Positions 1-13,800 of a stretch of DNA of 64,000 bases are shown here, one piece after another (the first letter of the stretch is position 1; every line of letters starts with the position of its first letter). The position numbers were made by a program, and so were the translations under genes. Below the pieces are notes generated by a model. That model was given only the letters and a program-made list of their open reading frames with translations. It had not been told where the DNA came from and searched no databases. Source of the stretch: Oculina patagonica (Eukaryota); assembly GCF_052425735.1 (NCBI RefSeq), contig NC_135770.1:27776001-27840000 (forward strand), given 5' to 3'.

Positions 1-3000
1 CACTCTACTCCTCAAAAAACAAGTTGAAGTGGAAAAGGTTCAAGAAGACTTAGATATCAAAAGGCGTCAGTTTGCAGAACGCATGGCAGCCTGCAAGGCC
101 AAGGAGGAAGAACTTAAAAAGAAACAAACTCAGGTATATTAACACTATTTATAATAAGATTATAGTGCTCAACAGCTGGGTAACAAATAGCGATTAAATT
201 ACATCCTGGGCCCAGTAGTTCAAGCATGGATAACGTTATCCAACAGATAAATCACTATCCAGTGGATAACTGTTATACAAACCTTCTTCGCTATCCACTG
301 GATAGTTATATTATCTGGGCCCAGTTGTTTGAAGGGCAGATAAAACTATCCACCTGATAAGTCGCTATCCAGTGGATAAATGCTAACAAAACATACCACG
401 CTATCCACTGGATAGCAATTTATTCAGCAGATAGCTCTAACCACCCTTTGAACAACAGGGCCCTGGTGGATATAGCATTATCCAACCTTTGAACAACTGG
501 GGCCTGGCATCTCTGAACCAAACAGGTCAAGATACCTGATAAAGTGCTAGCCATATCATCAGACAAGTATGGATTTTCTCTATTCTGATTTCAGATAGCT
601 TTGTTTGGGATGAAGGAAGTAGTTCATCTGGAGTACGATATTGCTTGTGTTTTAGGCTTTAACTGAGTTCTGGCTTCTAGGGCAGCATGGTGGACATCTG
701 TGCCCAGTTGTTCTTGGGGAGTTAAAATAAATACATTCAAGATATAAAGTAAATTGTAATAGACCTAATGTGATGGACTACCATATTCCTTGGATCCAGG
801 AGTTCTTATTTATTAACCCACAGAAATTAAAGATAATTAAGCAATAGCATGCTGATTTAAGCCAAGATGGGCACTGTACATGTTTTCCTGGGCCACTACC
901 CTTGACTCAAGATACAACCTTCGATCTCGCCCCTTCACCAAATCTCTTGCAGTTCATTCCCATGTTTTTTTCTTTCTGTTTTTTGTTTTCTTATCTCCAA
1001 GCTTGATAACACATCCTGCTGCTGTCCATTTATTAGAATGATGTTGAATTGTTTCCACAGATTCGTGAAAGAGTTGGCAAATTTGAGAAGTTTATTGAAG
1101 AAAATGATGCTAAAAGGAGGCGAGCAATCCAGAAGTACCAGACAGAATTAAAGCTTAAAACCCAGAAAAACAGGGAGCTTGACATTCTATCCACTGAATT
1201 AGAGCAACTCAAAGCAAGGTGTGTGTGTTAACTGCTGACCTTTTTCCACCAGTTTCTCCATAGAGGTTTTGGCATGGCCAGTTGTCAGCTATCACCATTG
1301 ATCGGACCATTTGTAGCAATTGAAATACGTGTAACTGCAGACAATAGCTCACCGATTATATGTACATATGCATTAGAGGGCTGTTATCATTTATTTTCAG
1401 TGTAAGTTTTATGTCACCATCAATCTGGCAAATCAACCATCAATATGTGTATGACCTCCTCCAAGAAGTTTTTAAGTTTCAGATGAGATTGGCACCTAGT
1501 AGTATGATGAATTTCATTACTCTGGTGTATTACAGTTAAATTAATATATTTAACTCCAAATATTATGAGAATTTCTGATTTCCGACTCCCAATATCAAGT
1601 GACAAAGTGTACTAAATAAAGCCTTTATCACGCAGAAGCAGTACCTTTGCTCTCTGATCTGAGTGCCCATAGTGCATTCACATAATTTAAAAAGTTGATT
1701 TCATTATGCAAACTATATTTTTCACTTCTTTGCTTACAATTACTAGAAATGGTGCTCTGCAGGCAAAGCTGGCAAAGTCTTCAGTTTATGAAAAATTCCT
1801 GATGAAAGTGCTTGATCAGCTACCAGAAGGTAAACATTAATTTATAAATTTGATATTTAGAAAGTTGTCAATTTTTAAATTTTTATTCTAAAAGTATGGT
1901 TATTGTTATGATGGAGATGAAGATGTATTCAAACTGTGGGCATTTTTGTTATCAACTCTCAGTTAAATTACATGTATTTACTTTACAGTTACATGCAGTT
2001 CCTTTATCAATATTCTAGAGTTTCAAGTCAGATTGTACATAATTTATTGTTGTTTAGTAAGTTGTTTATTTTCTTGTAAAATATTAAAATGCGATCTCTG
2101 GTTAAAAATATGATTAGAAAACGAGCTTTAGACTACCAGTCTGTAGCCTTTGACAAGTAATGAATAAAAAGCGCGAATGTTAAAATATATACTATAAAAA
2201 GTGTGAAAAAGCAAAATTATATTAAAAACAATAAAAATGTTTGTGTGCGGGTAAAAATGCTAATGTTAGGTTCAAAATAAAATTGAATATTGTCTTGGTA
2301 ATTGTTTTGCATTATTGTCAGCATGGTTCGTAATTGCTGTGTGCCAGGATTCCAAAGTTTTTCTAACGCAAAAATTTCCCTTATCAATCACACGCGCACT
2401 GTCAAAGTCGATGGAATGGTCGTTCAACCAGGCATGTGAGGCGACGTTAGAACCTCTTTTAAAGGTTTTTGTGTTTCTAATAATATGTTCTTTTTTCCTT
2501 GTTTTTAAACATCTTCCTCACTAGACTATCTTGAGGCAAACGACTCCATGTTAATGGGAATCATGATGAGGTTTAGAACACTGAGTGCAACAAATCAATC
2601 ACTTGTACAGATGTTAGGGGACACTTCAGATCAGGTATGTTAAGTGAAAGGTTTTCATACTGACTATTATATTACACATTAGTGACGGTTGAAGTGGAAA
2701 GTTACATCACTAAGATATTCAGAGGCCCAATACCGGTATAACTAAACTCAGCCAATCAAATTGCTCCATTGCCAGTCCAATATCTTCTAAGTATTGGACT
2801 GGGTGCAGTGTCCCAAATGATCCCATGCAAACCCAGGCAACGTTTGTTTGTCTTACAAAAGTATAAAAGTAAACTTGACTTGCAAGAAAAACCTTTGTTG
2901 CCGTAATGAATTCCTTGTTGTTTTCAAAATTTGGCGTTAATTTCAGTGAGTTGTTTTCGTTCTGCACTGTTCCTCTTGATAAGACTTGTACATAAGACTT

Positions 3001-5916
3001 TCAAATTTTTAAAATGCCAGTGGAACTTAACTTAAAAAGTTTTTTTGAAATCTCAGGTTGAAAGCGAGCAACAGAGGCTACAGGACTTGAATCAGGAACA
3101 TACCCAAAACTTGTTGGTGAGTGATTATTTTCAACATGTACATAATTTACGTTTTACTCCGTAGAGTGAGTCTAGTCCCCTGGGGTGCAGTCTTCTCTCA
3201 GTCGTTATTTGGGTTGTGTGGAGAAGCATTGCATAACGACCAAAATAACTGCTGCAAAGGAGACTATAGCCTGCGAATACAGCCACCTCTCACGCTCCGA
3301 TCCGCTTTCTGCGTTCCTCTCTGAGCGTGAAAGGGGGCTGTATTCGCAGGCTAAGGAGACTACTGGGGGGAATTCTCTTTGGAAATTCTGGAGGGGTTTA
3401 CATCGTGATTCTGGACACTCACCTCCTATTTTAGACCCAAAAAAAAACATTATTTTTCATACACTACTTCAGAACTGGCCCCGGTTGTTCGAAAGCTGGA
3501 TAACGCTATCCACCGGATAAATCGCTATCCAGCGGATAAGCATTAGCAAAACATACTACGCTATCCACTGGATAGCGATATACCCGGTTGATAGCGTTAT
3601 CCAGCTTTCGAACAACCGGGGCCTGATCTATAAAATCGGTACCTATATAATTTCAACCCAGATCTTAATTATTTTAAAATCTGTGCCCTATTTTATATTC
3701 TGGTGGCATCTGATTGCATAATATCAAATCCAGTGACTTTTCTTTGCTTTTTTTTTTTTCTTGTAAATTTTTTGGAATGTCCAATGATATATCCGTTAAA
3801 AAGCAGGTCTCTCTTCAGATCAATAAGACAAGATCCATTGCCCTATTTCAGACTAAAAATGGCTTCAAATTAGTTATACCGCATGAAGCGGCACATGCCT
3901 TTATGGCTTATGTGGATAGTACCTCGAGTAATGTACCATGATTGTATTCCACAGGCAGCGTGATTGTTAAAAGAAAAAAACTTAAAATGTTTCAATTGAT
4001 CTTCTTTTTGTAGCTGATGAACAGTGAACTGGCGGCTCTTCAGGATAAACTTGAGGACACCGTGCAAAGGAAAGAGAAAATTGAACAGTTCTTAATCAAT
4101 AGCAAAGGCATTTTCAGGCAACAGGTGAGAGAGCAAACAATAAATCTTGGCCGTTTGTAGGTATAATTGAAAGGTCTAGGACGTCTAGCCTTAAAAAGGA
4201 TAGTTAAGTCTGCATACGAGCCTAGTGGCCCATCAGGTCAGGGCTTATCTCGGTTTCTGTAGCATGAAACAACTAGGAGTATTTCTACTCCTCCCTGGAA
4301 TGGGTTGCTAGTCCATCACTGGGTTTATACCCCCGAAATTAATTCACGGCCGGTGCCCATTCATACGCCTGAGTGGAGAGAGGCGCTGTGAGGGTTAAGT
4401 GTTTTTCCTAAGAACACAACACAAGTGACCCCTGCCAGGACTTGAACACGGACCGCTCGATCCAGAGTCCTGCGCACTAACCATTAGGCCACTGCGCCTC
4501 GCTAGATCGTAGCAATTTACTCTGTATATATACTAGTACCAAGACAAACGTAACCGTTCTTACCGATCGACTTCTCTATCCTTAAAAGAATGTTTGATAC
4601 AACCCCAGTAGTTTTAATGTAGCTGAATAAACATGTTTCCTTTTGGTTCCTTTACAGAGTGAAATGCTTGGCTGTATCAGACTAGCAATCGACAACATCG
4701 CTGAAAAGTGTCAAAGGCTCCGAGGGACACCGGTAGAAAAGCTTGACGTTGATTCCAAGTTGAAAGTAATTCAGGTTGGTATGAGATAATAGTTTCTTTT
4801 ATAAAGTATGAACTGACTATCCCTTGCTGAAAGTTAGTTAAAATCAGCACCAAATTCGCCAGGGTTAAGCAAAGAGTTAACTTCGATGCAGTGTTACACG
4901 AGGCAATGTTTCTTTGCAACTTGTATTGCATTGTCTTTTGCGATCTGATTTTTACAAAACCGAATTGCTTTACAACGTTTTTTGTTGCGCAAACATGGTG
5001 AAGATAGAACTCGGTTCAGCTTTAAATTTCAACGGTAAAATCGGAAACTCCTCCGACAGTACTCGATATTACTCCTGGTGAGATGATAAAAGCAAATGTT
5101 CTCTTTTCTTTTCCAACCTTTTTTTGTTCAATCACGGGGCGTGAAATTCCAGAGTCCTTGGTTGTTTTACCATTTACAAAAAGTTCTACAAATTCCAGTT
5201 GGGAACACACGAGTTTTTGGGTCATTCCGTTCTCGGTTGGGATGTTGCGAGTGGAAATTCGTTTGCATCTTTTGCAGCAGTCCCAGGCCTTTTGGCTTTC
5301 ATGACCATGCCAAATTTCGCGGTTTAACCTAAAGCCTGGTTTTCACTAGCGACGCAAGCACAAGCGCAAGGACAACAACACTTATTTCACCGTACCGTGA
5401 AAACGGCTTCGAATCAAGCAAAAACACAAGCGCATTGCATTTTGATTCTTGTTCTTGTGCTTGTGCTTGCGGCAAGCACAAGCACAAGGATCAAAATTTG
5501 TCCTTTTTGCGTGATTGCGCTTGTGCTTGCACTTGTGCTTGCGTTGCTAGTGAAAACCAGGCTTAAATGGCAGGTTCTTCAGGGAAGTACCAAATGCAAC
5601 TGTATTCCCAAATGGAAATTCTTAACCCAAATTTCCGGAATTTTTTGTAAATGTTAAGTAATATGTCAAACACGAGCGACAGTGTTTCATCGGGATATCC
5701 AAATTCCAAAAACACCAAGGAGAGAGTTGAAAATACGACGCGCAGCGGAGAATTTTGGACGAAATTCGAGGTGTTTAGATAGCCGATGAAACACTGTCTC
5801 GAGTGTTTGATATATCTTCTCAATCGAAACAAAAACTACGGAGTAAACGGAGAAATATAATTGTAAAAATCTATGCTCATAAAGAGCAGGTATCCAAACC
5901 TTCACGGTTATGATTT

Positions 5917-5950
<34 letters not shown>

Positions 5951-6279
5951 GTTTGAGAAACAACTTTCACCGCTACCTGTGTGGTACTGTTGGTGATAGT
6001 CATCTGTCTTGGTGACCAAAGATCAAGGTAAAATCTTGTGTTTATCATGTTTTTACCTCATAGGAACACATTCTAGAACACACTGACATCGTCAAATTAG
6101 CAAGACTCCCAGAATCAGCCGCGGCCTCTGAAGGACTACAACCCAGTCCCTCGAGCATCCTCAAGAATAGAGTATCCCGGCATGCACTGTTAGACTCGCC
6201 ATTCAAGTCCAGTCCTTCCAGAGGACTTAAAAATGTCCAAACCGCCTTGAGATTCGCCGCCGATGTCAAGCAGTCGTAG
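1..6279 (+). CDS. CCDC42/CFAP73-like (DUF4200) coiled-coil protein, 5'-partial, 8 exons in window
   Basis: Exons <1-133, 1061-1218, 1747-1829, 2525-2634, 3057-3116, 4014-4124, 4658-4774, 6064-6279 (TAG). All introns are GT-AG and phases are consistent. The peptide TLLLKKQVEVEKVQEDLDIKRRQFAERM...IRERVGKFEKFIEENDAKRRRAIQK resembles the DUF4200 KF.KF..END.KR.RA signature. Confidence 0.8.
206..506. mobile_element. Palindromic MITE (GGCCCAGTTGTTCAAA-type ends) with a second copy of the same family nested inside (about 318-462)
   Basis: TIRs ggcccagtagttcaa...tttgaacaactggggcc; internal ctatccagtggata/ctatccactggatag motifs; inner copy flanked by ctg on both sides. Confidence 0.8.
3267..3353. mobile_element. 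87-bp MITE with 9-bp target-site duplication
   Basis: TIR tagcctgcgaatacagcc...ggctgtattcgcaggcta; aggagacta directly repeated at 3258-3266 and 3354-3362. Confidence 0.8.
3475..3625. mobile_element. MITE, same family as 206-506
   Basis: ggccccggttgttcgaaagctggataacgctatc...gatagcgttatccagctttcgaacaaccggggcc, a near-perfect long inverted repeat. Confidence 0.85.
4208..4502 (-). mobile_element. tRNA-derived SINE
   Basis: Minus strand starts with a tRNA-like head (gaggcgcagtggcctaatggttagtgcgcaggactctggatcgagcggtccgtgttcaagtcc). The body is shared with copies at about 21682, 22041 and 35418. Confidence 0.75.
5333..5563. mobile_element. MITE with AGCCTGGTTTTCACTAGC TIRs and internal (CTTGTG)n repeats
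   Basis: agcctggttttcactagcgacgcaagcacaag...cttgtgcttgcgttgctagtgaaaaccaggct flanked by taa; further copies at 43356-43580 and 43648-43856. Confidence 0.85.
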
Positions 6280-6527
6280 CAATGGCCAAAACTAAGAAGA
6301 AAACTACAAAAATAGTCTCCCTTGAACCCTGTTAGACTACGAGAAGTCCTTCATGTTTCTCATGGTCAGTCGAGTAGATTAGCACACCAGCACGCGAGAA
6401 AATCACTTCGTGCGTAGTTTTCATGAAGTGAAACTTCGTGAAGTAATTTTCTAACGCACTCGAGTGCTCGCCCACGCGACTGACTTACCCACTCGACTCG
6501 ACTGACCCTGTACTCTCCAGCAGTAAT

Positions 6528-6709
6528 AGGCCATTTCCGAGTTACCATTTGCCTCCATTTCAAAACGAGTCTACGTGCGAAACCGTTCAAATGAAAATGA
6601 GTTTTACCTTCAGGTCCATTTTCATGCAAATCAAACTCATTTCCATTTGAATGGTTTCGCACGAAGACTCGTCTTGAAACAGAGGCAAAGGGTAACTCGG
6701 AAATGGCCT
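6528..6709. mobile_element. MITE downstream of the CCDC42-like stop
   Basis: TIR aggccatttccgagttacc...ggtaactcggaaatggcct; largely palindromic interior. Confidence 0.8.
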
Positions 6710-7689
6710 TTTGATTTCTATGACTTCTTTTCTTTTTTAACCGATCTTAGTCGGCGGGATATGAGAATGAACAGCCAGAAAGTCTCTGCAAGGATCATAC
6801 AGGGTGAGATCATACAAAATGTATGAAATGATAAGTGTTTATGTTGAGGCTTAGTAATCCAAAGACCTTACTCGAGTTCGAGGGAGAAGGGAGAGGAAAT
6901 TGCTGTGCTCTCTTGAATATTTTAACGAATTCGCATTGATTGACCTTAACACAAATTAGTTGAATTTCTTGGTTGATCTAATTACACCATTTTGTTACAA
7001 ATATGCAGCTTTTTCCAACTGCTCGTTTTTAAAACTTTTAAGTCTTTAATGGCACTGAAGATTTGTAAGTAAATTTTGTACATAGGCTAGTGTTAACAAA
7101 TTTAGTACATAATACAATGAACCTTTTTAGTAAACAATGAAAATTATATTTAATGTGTATATATAAAATATTGTTCGGGAAGAAATAAACTATTTTGATG
7201 TGTTTATTGGTCTGTTTGGTTTCTCAGTTAAGGACCGCGTTAACAACGAATCCCATTACTTCCCATGCAAGACTTATGACCTTAAACAAAGAGAGTCCTT
7301 TCTTGCTTGAAGGAAAGGAGTAAAATGGCAACTGAGACTGGGAATCACAAACAAAAAACTAAAAATAGGAGTGCGCGATTTGGGCAAAAAATAGACTGGA
7401 AAATGAACTTTAGATTAAAGGAGCTACGATGCGGACATCTCAATTTGAAAAAATTGTCAAATGTTTTCAAGTTTGTTGCTCATAATCCGTCTTGATCTTC
7501 GTCAGTCGAGACCATCTTTGTTTATTTCTGGGTTTTAATTACTCTGCAGGTGTTTTTCTACCTTAGAAAACAACCATTTTAAGGATTCCTTCATTTTGAA
7601 GCTAGTCAGAAAAATGACTTAAAATACCGTGACATAGCTCCTTCAAAAAATGGGATTTATATCCCCCAACCCCTTTCGGGACCCTGAAT

Positions 7690-7900
7690 CTCTCTCCTCC
7701 GCAGAGGCCTCTTTCGTGGGGGAACGCGAAAAAACACGGGGGGAGGAAGGCGAAAACACGAAAAATGAAAAATAGGGGGGTGCCCCGCGCGCTTTCGTTT
7801 CGATTCTCTCCAGGCTCCGCGCGCTTACTTTTCACCTCTCCCCGTTCCTCTCCCTATTTCCCAGCCCGAAACACGAAAGAGACCTCTGCGGAGGAGAGAG
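7690..7900. mobile_element. MITE with perfect 18-bp TIR and 9-bp TSD
   Basis: ctctctcctccgcagagg...cctctgcggaggagagag; accctgaat repeated at 7681-7689 and 7901-7909. Confidence 0.85.
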
Positions 7901-10865
7901 ACCCTGAATGAACCTTATGTGGAAAGATCTTTGGAAACAGAACTTGTGTGTACGGAAAGTCCTTCCAAAGTGTGGCCGTATTCTCAACCCTGAAAAATGC
8001 GTCAATTCAGCACACCGTCCGCTGGCCGCTTACATTTGAGATAAAATAATACAAGTGAGAAACTCCAGCATTCCGCGGTCACGTGACCCAGAACCGCTAT
8101 TTTACACGAGCTTTGATTCGTTAAAACGAAATTACCCCAAATCTAATTTGCAACATTTGATTCACACAAAAGAAATGTATGCGTACCTTCCCGGTTTCCA
8201 CAAAGTTATAAAAGCACTTGTGAAAAGTTTGAAAGTACGAGTCGAAACATAACGTTATTGATGGAAACTTAACACATTAAATAAACGGCATGCAGTGCAT
8301 GCAGAGCCGATGACGTTTCCAAGGGGGTCTTAACTAATTTTCAGGAATTTTGTAAAGAAATTAACGTATATTAATGCCAAATAAAAGTAGCTGACAACTT
8401 CTGTGTTGAATGATTGTTGCGTTTTCTTGTAGTGTGACATTCGATATACGATACGGCAATACTTCTCGCGCGCGAGCGACACGCAAGGTCAAGCGTTTCC
8501 ATTGTACAGCATTGTATTAGAAAATGCAGAGATGTGATCATGTCTGTCCACTGAATTCAATAAAACTAACAAATACATAATTTGTCTCTTTCGTTTATAC
8601 ATTGTATCAGTCTTTTCTAACTTTCCAGGAGTAGTTTGCTTTGTGCTTTTGCGGCGATTTCTTTTAAACTCATTCGGTTCTATTGAGTCTTATTGATGGG
8701 TCGATCGCAACAGAAAGTGGTACAAATTCCGCCCACTGCCTCTAGCCTAAGGCTTGACTGACGTCATCGCCTAAAAAGACTCAAAAGAAACTGACAATGC
8801 CACCACATGAAAATAGAACTGCTGATGACAAGAGCAGTTGTTTACGCAAAGCCCTGGCTATAGACACCAAAAACCGGAAAATATGGTTAATTTCTTAGTT
8901 TTCAAGAGACTTCTTCTCAGTAGTGAAAAGAAACGAGTTACGAGGACACTTTAAATCCACAAACTTTTATTTTATCCCAACGTTACAAATATTTACACAG
9001 CAATAAGTTAAATATTTTTTTGTGTTAGTCTATAATCCGATGCCGCAAGCGATATTTACAGTATTTCAAAAGTTCTGCAATTCCTTTTTTCAAGATAAAC
9101 AGTTTCAGGAAGATCAACTAGATCATGCTATTTTGGCGATTATACTGGTATTAAAAATCACGAGAAGCCTTTACGGATTTGAGTAGTCAAAATATGAGAA
9201 ATACTTGAGAACCATTCGGGAAAAAAGATTTGCCAAAATTGACGCCGGCCAATCTTGTTCTATATAACGTCACTTTTGTGGGGCTCTGGTGGACCTAATT
9301 CAGCTACTTTTTCGAAAATGTCTTCTCGATCAAGTGTTGGGCGATGTATTCTTTACGATAACCACGTAAACAACTCGTTGATTCATAGCGAGTCACGAGT
9401 GGTTGATGGAATGGTACAGTGCAGCATATATTTCACGGAAATACAAATTTCTCTGCAGGTTATTTTCAACAGACAATTGAAATGTGCCAAACGTACTTGC
9501 ACTTTTCGAAAGTTCATGTGTCAGTAATATCAGCAAATTAATCTCCTTGCAGGCTTGTTCTTGCCATTAAAACCAAATCTCCGGTTGAACTTTGCATGCA
9601 ATAACCGCCAAAAATAGCATGGCCTAGTAGTTAGTATAAGAAACCAGCTTCAATATCAAAATTATTTAATGTGTTCAATTCAGTTTTTTTGTCCCCTTAC
9701 ACTGGCAGTCGAAGGTCTCTAACGTTCAAATGCCTAACTTGCTGTAAATCGTCGTGTAGGGATTCATAAGAAGTTCGAAACAAGATCCGAAAACAAGACA
9801 AAATATACCGGAATAGCAAAATGTGCAAGCACCTCCCTTACGCAATAATCACAGAAAAAACACGATTTTAACTCATTCCCCATGCACTGGAGATGAATTG
9901 CCAATACCAAGTACTGTACTTTAATTAATACACGTATAACACCTGATTTAATAATGTCATAATTATGTATAAATTTGTCCTTAATATTAATTCAACTGTT
10001 ACTTTAGAGCCAAATCTCATCCGCTCCAAAACCTGCTTCCATCTACCCCCTTTTTAGGGCGTGGTCTTTAGAAGGAGGTTGCGAGGGGAGGGAATACCGT
10101 AGATGGTGCCAGTTTTCACATCCCCAAATAGAGTGCTTTTTAACACGTCTATGAAGTCAGAGGTTGGTAGTATAAAGTCTGTAATTACTTCGATCAGTCC
10201 AGTTTGGGACTGCTAACAGTCTTGAATAGAACTTTCAGCTATTTCAATATTCCACCCTTATTTGAGAGATTGTACCTTACTATACTTCAAGTTTTCACTG
10301 GTCTCAAGATTACTATTAATTTTGATACCTTTTTCTTGAATAACCTTTTGTGCCAGTGATTCTTTATACAGTACAACAACCCCGCCTTGTATGAAAAATA
10401 GCATTACTTACAACCATTAAATTTAGGAACAATTGACTTAAATTTTCTTTGCTAATTCTGCAAAAACCTTAATCACACAAAATAACATTGAAAACATCCC
10501 ATTTACAATATTGTTCCTTTTATATAAAGCTGATTTACATAACATTTAGATTAATACCCTTATTAATTATCAAATTTAGTAAGATATCGGCTTAGCAGTT
10601 TCTTTATCTGGGTATACTAAATTATTACTTTATTAACATGCTTATTTAATAAATGCACTGACTGACAGCAACAAACCAGCTAACAATTATTATAATTCAG
10701 TATAAGCACTTAATTCTCTTATATCACATACATGTATCCTCAAAAATTAGATTGATGTGATGTACATTTACATGTATAGTATTTTACATTCCAGAGTTCC
10801 CGGCAAGCCATATCTTGTGTAGCTGGACTACCTTGATAGCCTGTCACTTGCTCATCATTCCAGTT

Positions 10866-13800
10866 CTAATGATTGAGTGGACAACCCCTTGCCCAGTGGC
10901 CTCTCATCCCTACCAACAAATTACATTCCTAACTTTATACTGTATTGTTTTCCATAAAATGCTGTCATAAAAATTATATAACAGAGCATAAACTGAAAAA
11001 AACTTTTCCCATCCAGTAGTACTGCAGACCAGTAGTTTGGAATTTTGAGGGGTGATTAGTTTCCTCCCGAATTTTTTTTTTTTTTTTTTTTTTGGGGGGG
11101 GGGGGGATGAAACATCCTTAAAGAATATTTCTTTAGATTAACAGTTCTGATGTTTCATGGAATGTTTTTGGGGAGTTGAAAAAGTCAAGGCACGGTATTC
11201 TTTGGCCAACAGTTAGCATTAAGTGGCTCCAGAAAATATCCATTTGCATTTCCCAACCAAGAGATATCCAGCCATCTTGACCAAACCAAATTGATCAATT
11301 AAGTATTTATGGCATAATGAACACCATTTTTCAAGCAGGACACAGCAGGCAAGCCCCATCCTGCCCAATCAGGTAGCCAAATTGTTTCATCTTACCAACA
11401 GAGTTAGCCATACAATGACAGGGCTTACACTTACCACACAAATGGCAATGACCATAACCTGGATAGAATGCTCCTGGTGCACCGTGCATGTAATTCTGCT
11501 GATGAGGTTGCCTGTCATAATCACCGCCATTGTAACGATATCCACCACCACCACCACCATGGTTTCCATGGTGACCATAATACCTGTTTTCATAATATCT
11601 GTTATAGTTATTTCTCTGGTGGGCAGCTGGGCGTTGCTCTTGGATTTGAATTCCTCGAACATAAGGTTCCCTGACTCTTACGTGCCGAGTCGTGTTCTGT
11701 GCTGTTCCTGGGATAGCGCTACCCTGCCCCTGGCGGCCTTGATCGCCATCATTCAAGGTGATAGGATGGTCTCGTGAACCAGGCGTGGCTCGAGAAGCAG
11801 CTGTACAGTAAATCAATGGGAAAGTTAGCATGCTCTCATCATTTGTTTTTTTTCCTGACTTCAAGAATGTTTTAAAGAACCAGTGTGATGCAAAAAAATC
11901 TGAGTTTAATATTGTAATAATGCACCTCACAAGCAATCAACAGTGTGCCCCTGACCCTCCCTAGGAAAGGTGAGGGATTGAACACTTACAACAAGTAACT
12001 ACAATATAACTTTGGTCAACAGCACTGCATTGAATAAATTAAAAAAAATAAATAATGGAACTTGTGCCTACTGATGTGTGAATAAAAAGTCAATGTAGTT
12101 GTAGCTCCAATCAGTGGTAAAAAATGCTACTGACAGTGTTTCAGTACATTGCAAGCAGACAAGGAAAATACCACTGTATTGTTTAATTGTAAGCTAAATA
12201 ATTATTACCCTCAGCAAACTCGTTTTACTGTTCACACTTTAAAACTTGAGAATTAAGCCCCCCTTCCAAGCTAATTTACACTAAATTTTTTGGAATGGCC
12301 AATTTAGTAGTGTCATAGGAAGTCTAAGCATAAGTAAGTGGACCAATTATTTTAATCTAAACCAAAGAAAAAATCCAATGCGGTCAATGGTCCAACAGCT
12401 ATGGTTACTGTTGCTCCTGCTAGCAGAACTATTGTGACTGAAAGGTTGGGCCTGAACATTTTCTTGCACCCTTTTTCTATTTCCATTCATGCACTGACAC
12501 TTTCATTCCTTAAAGGCCAAAAGATAGCCAAAAGCTTATGTTTTTAACTTTTTAACAAGAGAACGTTTTTACCATTTTGATATCTCTTATCCTGGTTACA
12601 GTTCTTTTTTCACCACTATTTTTTATTTGTTTAGTTATGCAAGGTTAATTTTGCTGGTAAATGGGTGGGAAGAGAGGAGAGGGACAAGAGAGATGGCCCA
12701 AACATTTTTTCAGCCCACCGTGCAATCTGAGGCCCTGTCAAACTTATCAAAAAGAGAGAAACATTTCGAGAAAAAATTTACAATGACTGCAATCCAAAGT
12801 GTTACACAGCAACAATTAATTAAATTATTTTTGGGAATTGGTAAACAAATTGTCTGGAGATACATGTACTATACACTGTTCTGTATACTTTATTCTAGCA
12901 CTGAGCGCACAAGAGCATTCAATCAGTAATAAATGTAAATGGAACCTGAGAGTGCCCCCACAAAAGCTCCATCCCTTTATTAATATTTAAACCTCAATAA
13001 TGATTTGTCCACGGGCAGTCTTCTTAAAACTGCCAGGCTCCATGCACTAACTGTACAGTTGGTTTGCCACTGTTATTAGCTCAAAACAATCATAAAAACC
13101 TTGCCTAGATTGTGCCATAATGAGTCACTTGGGCAATGGGGTGGACAAGGGTACTTATAAAAATAAAACAAACCACTGATTCTTTAAATTATTGCAAATA
13201 CCGGTACCAGTAATTTTATTCCAAATGATCTTGACATTTCTATAAATGGTGGATCTGCTTCAAAAAGAAACTGAACCACTGTTTACGGAAATGTATACAG
13301 TGTATGTAAAATTTGACTACAACATATAAGTGCATCTATCTAACAGTTAACCATTCCTGGCCATGGATTAGCTCTTATTTTATGGCTAAAGCCGAAAAAA
13401 TTTGCACCTTAACATTGTATCAAAGACCAGCCCAGCAATGCATAGCTGCCCAAGTGGAAAAAAATTGCCACATACTTGAAAAAATTATATTATTCTCATT
13501 CAACAAGGAAATTCTTTCCCATAGTTTTTTGTTGCAAACCACACACAAAAACACTTGTTCCCTTAAAGTATGAATTTATTTTCTTAAAAATCTGAAAAAT
13601 ATTGTAAAAATTTAGGAATAAACAAAATAAATAGTTTCATAATACCACTGGATGTTTGCGAGAACAGGTTGGTGAAGGGGGGGGGGGGGGTGGGTTAATG
13701 TTATTTTTCTTTTCTTCTATAATTTCCATTATTTAAACCATTTGTTCATGAAGTAATGCTACATTGCTTTTCACTGTATTACTGAACCTTGTAGGTTGAT

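Noticed and set aside
4430-4502. tRNA genes at SINE heads
   Set aside because: No complete cloverleaf; each is attached to a shared SINE body.
5397-5657. Hydrophobic ORFs MKTAS... (also 43612-43797) as membrane peptides
   Set aside because: They derive from the (CTTGTG)n interior of a MITE.
11331-11434. Cys-rich ORF end KCKPCHC...CLLCPA as the real RNF8 C-terminus
   Set aside because: It lies after a consensus gtaagt donor; splicing instead completes a perfect CCHC knuckle.
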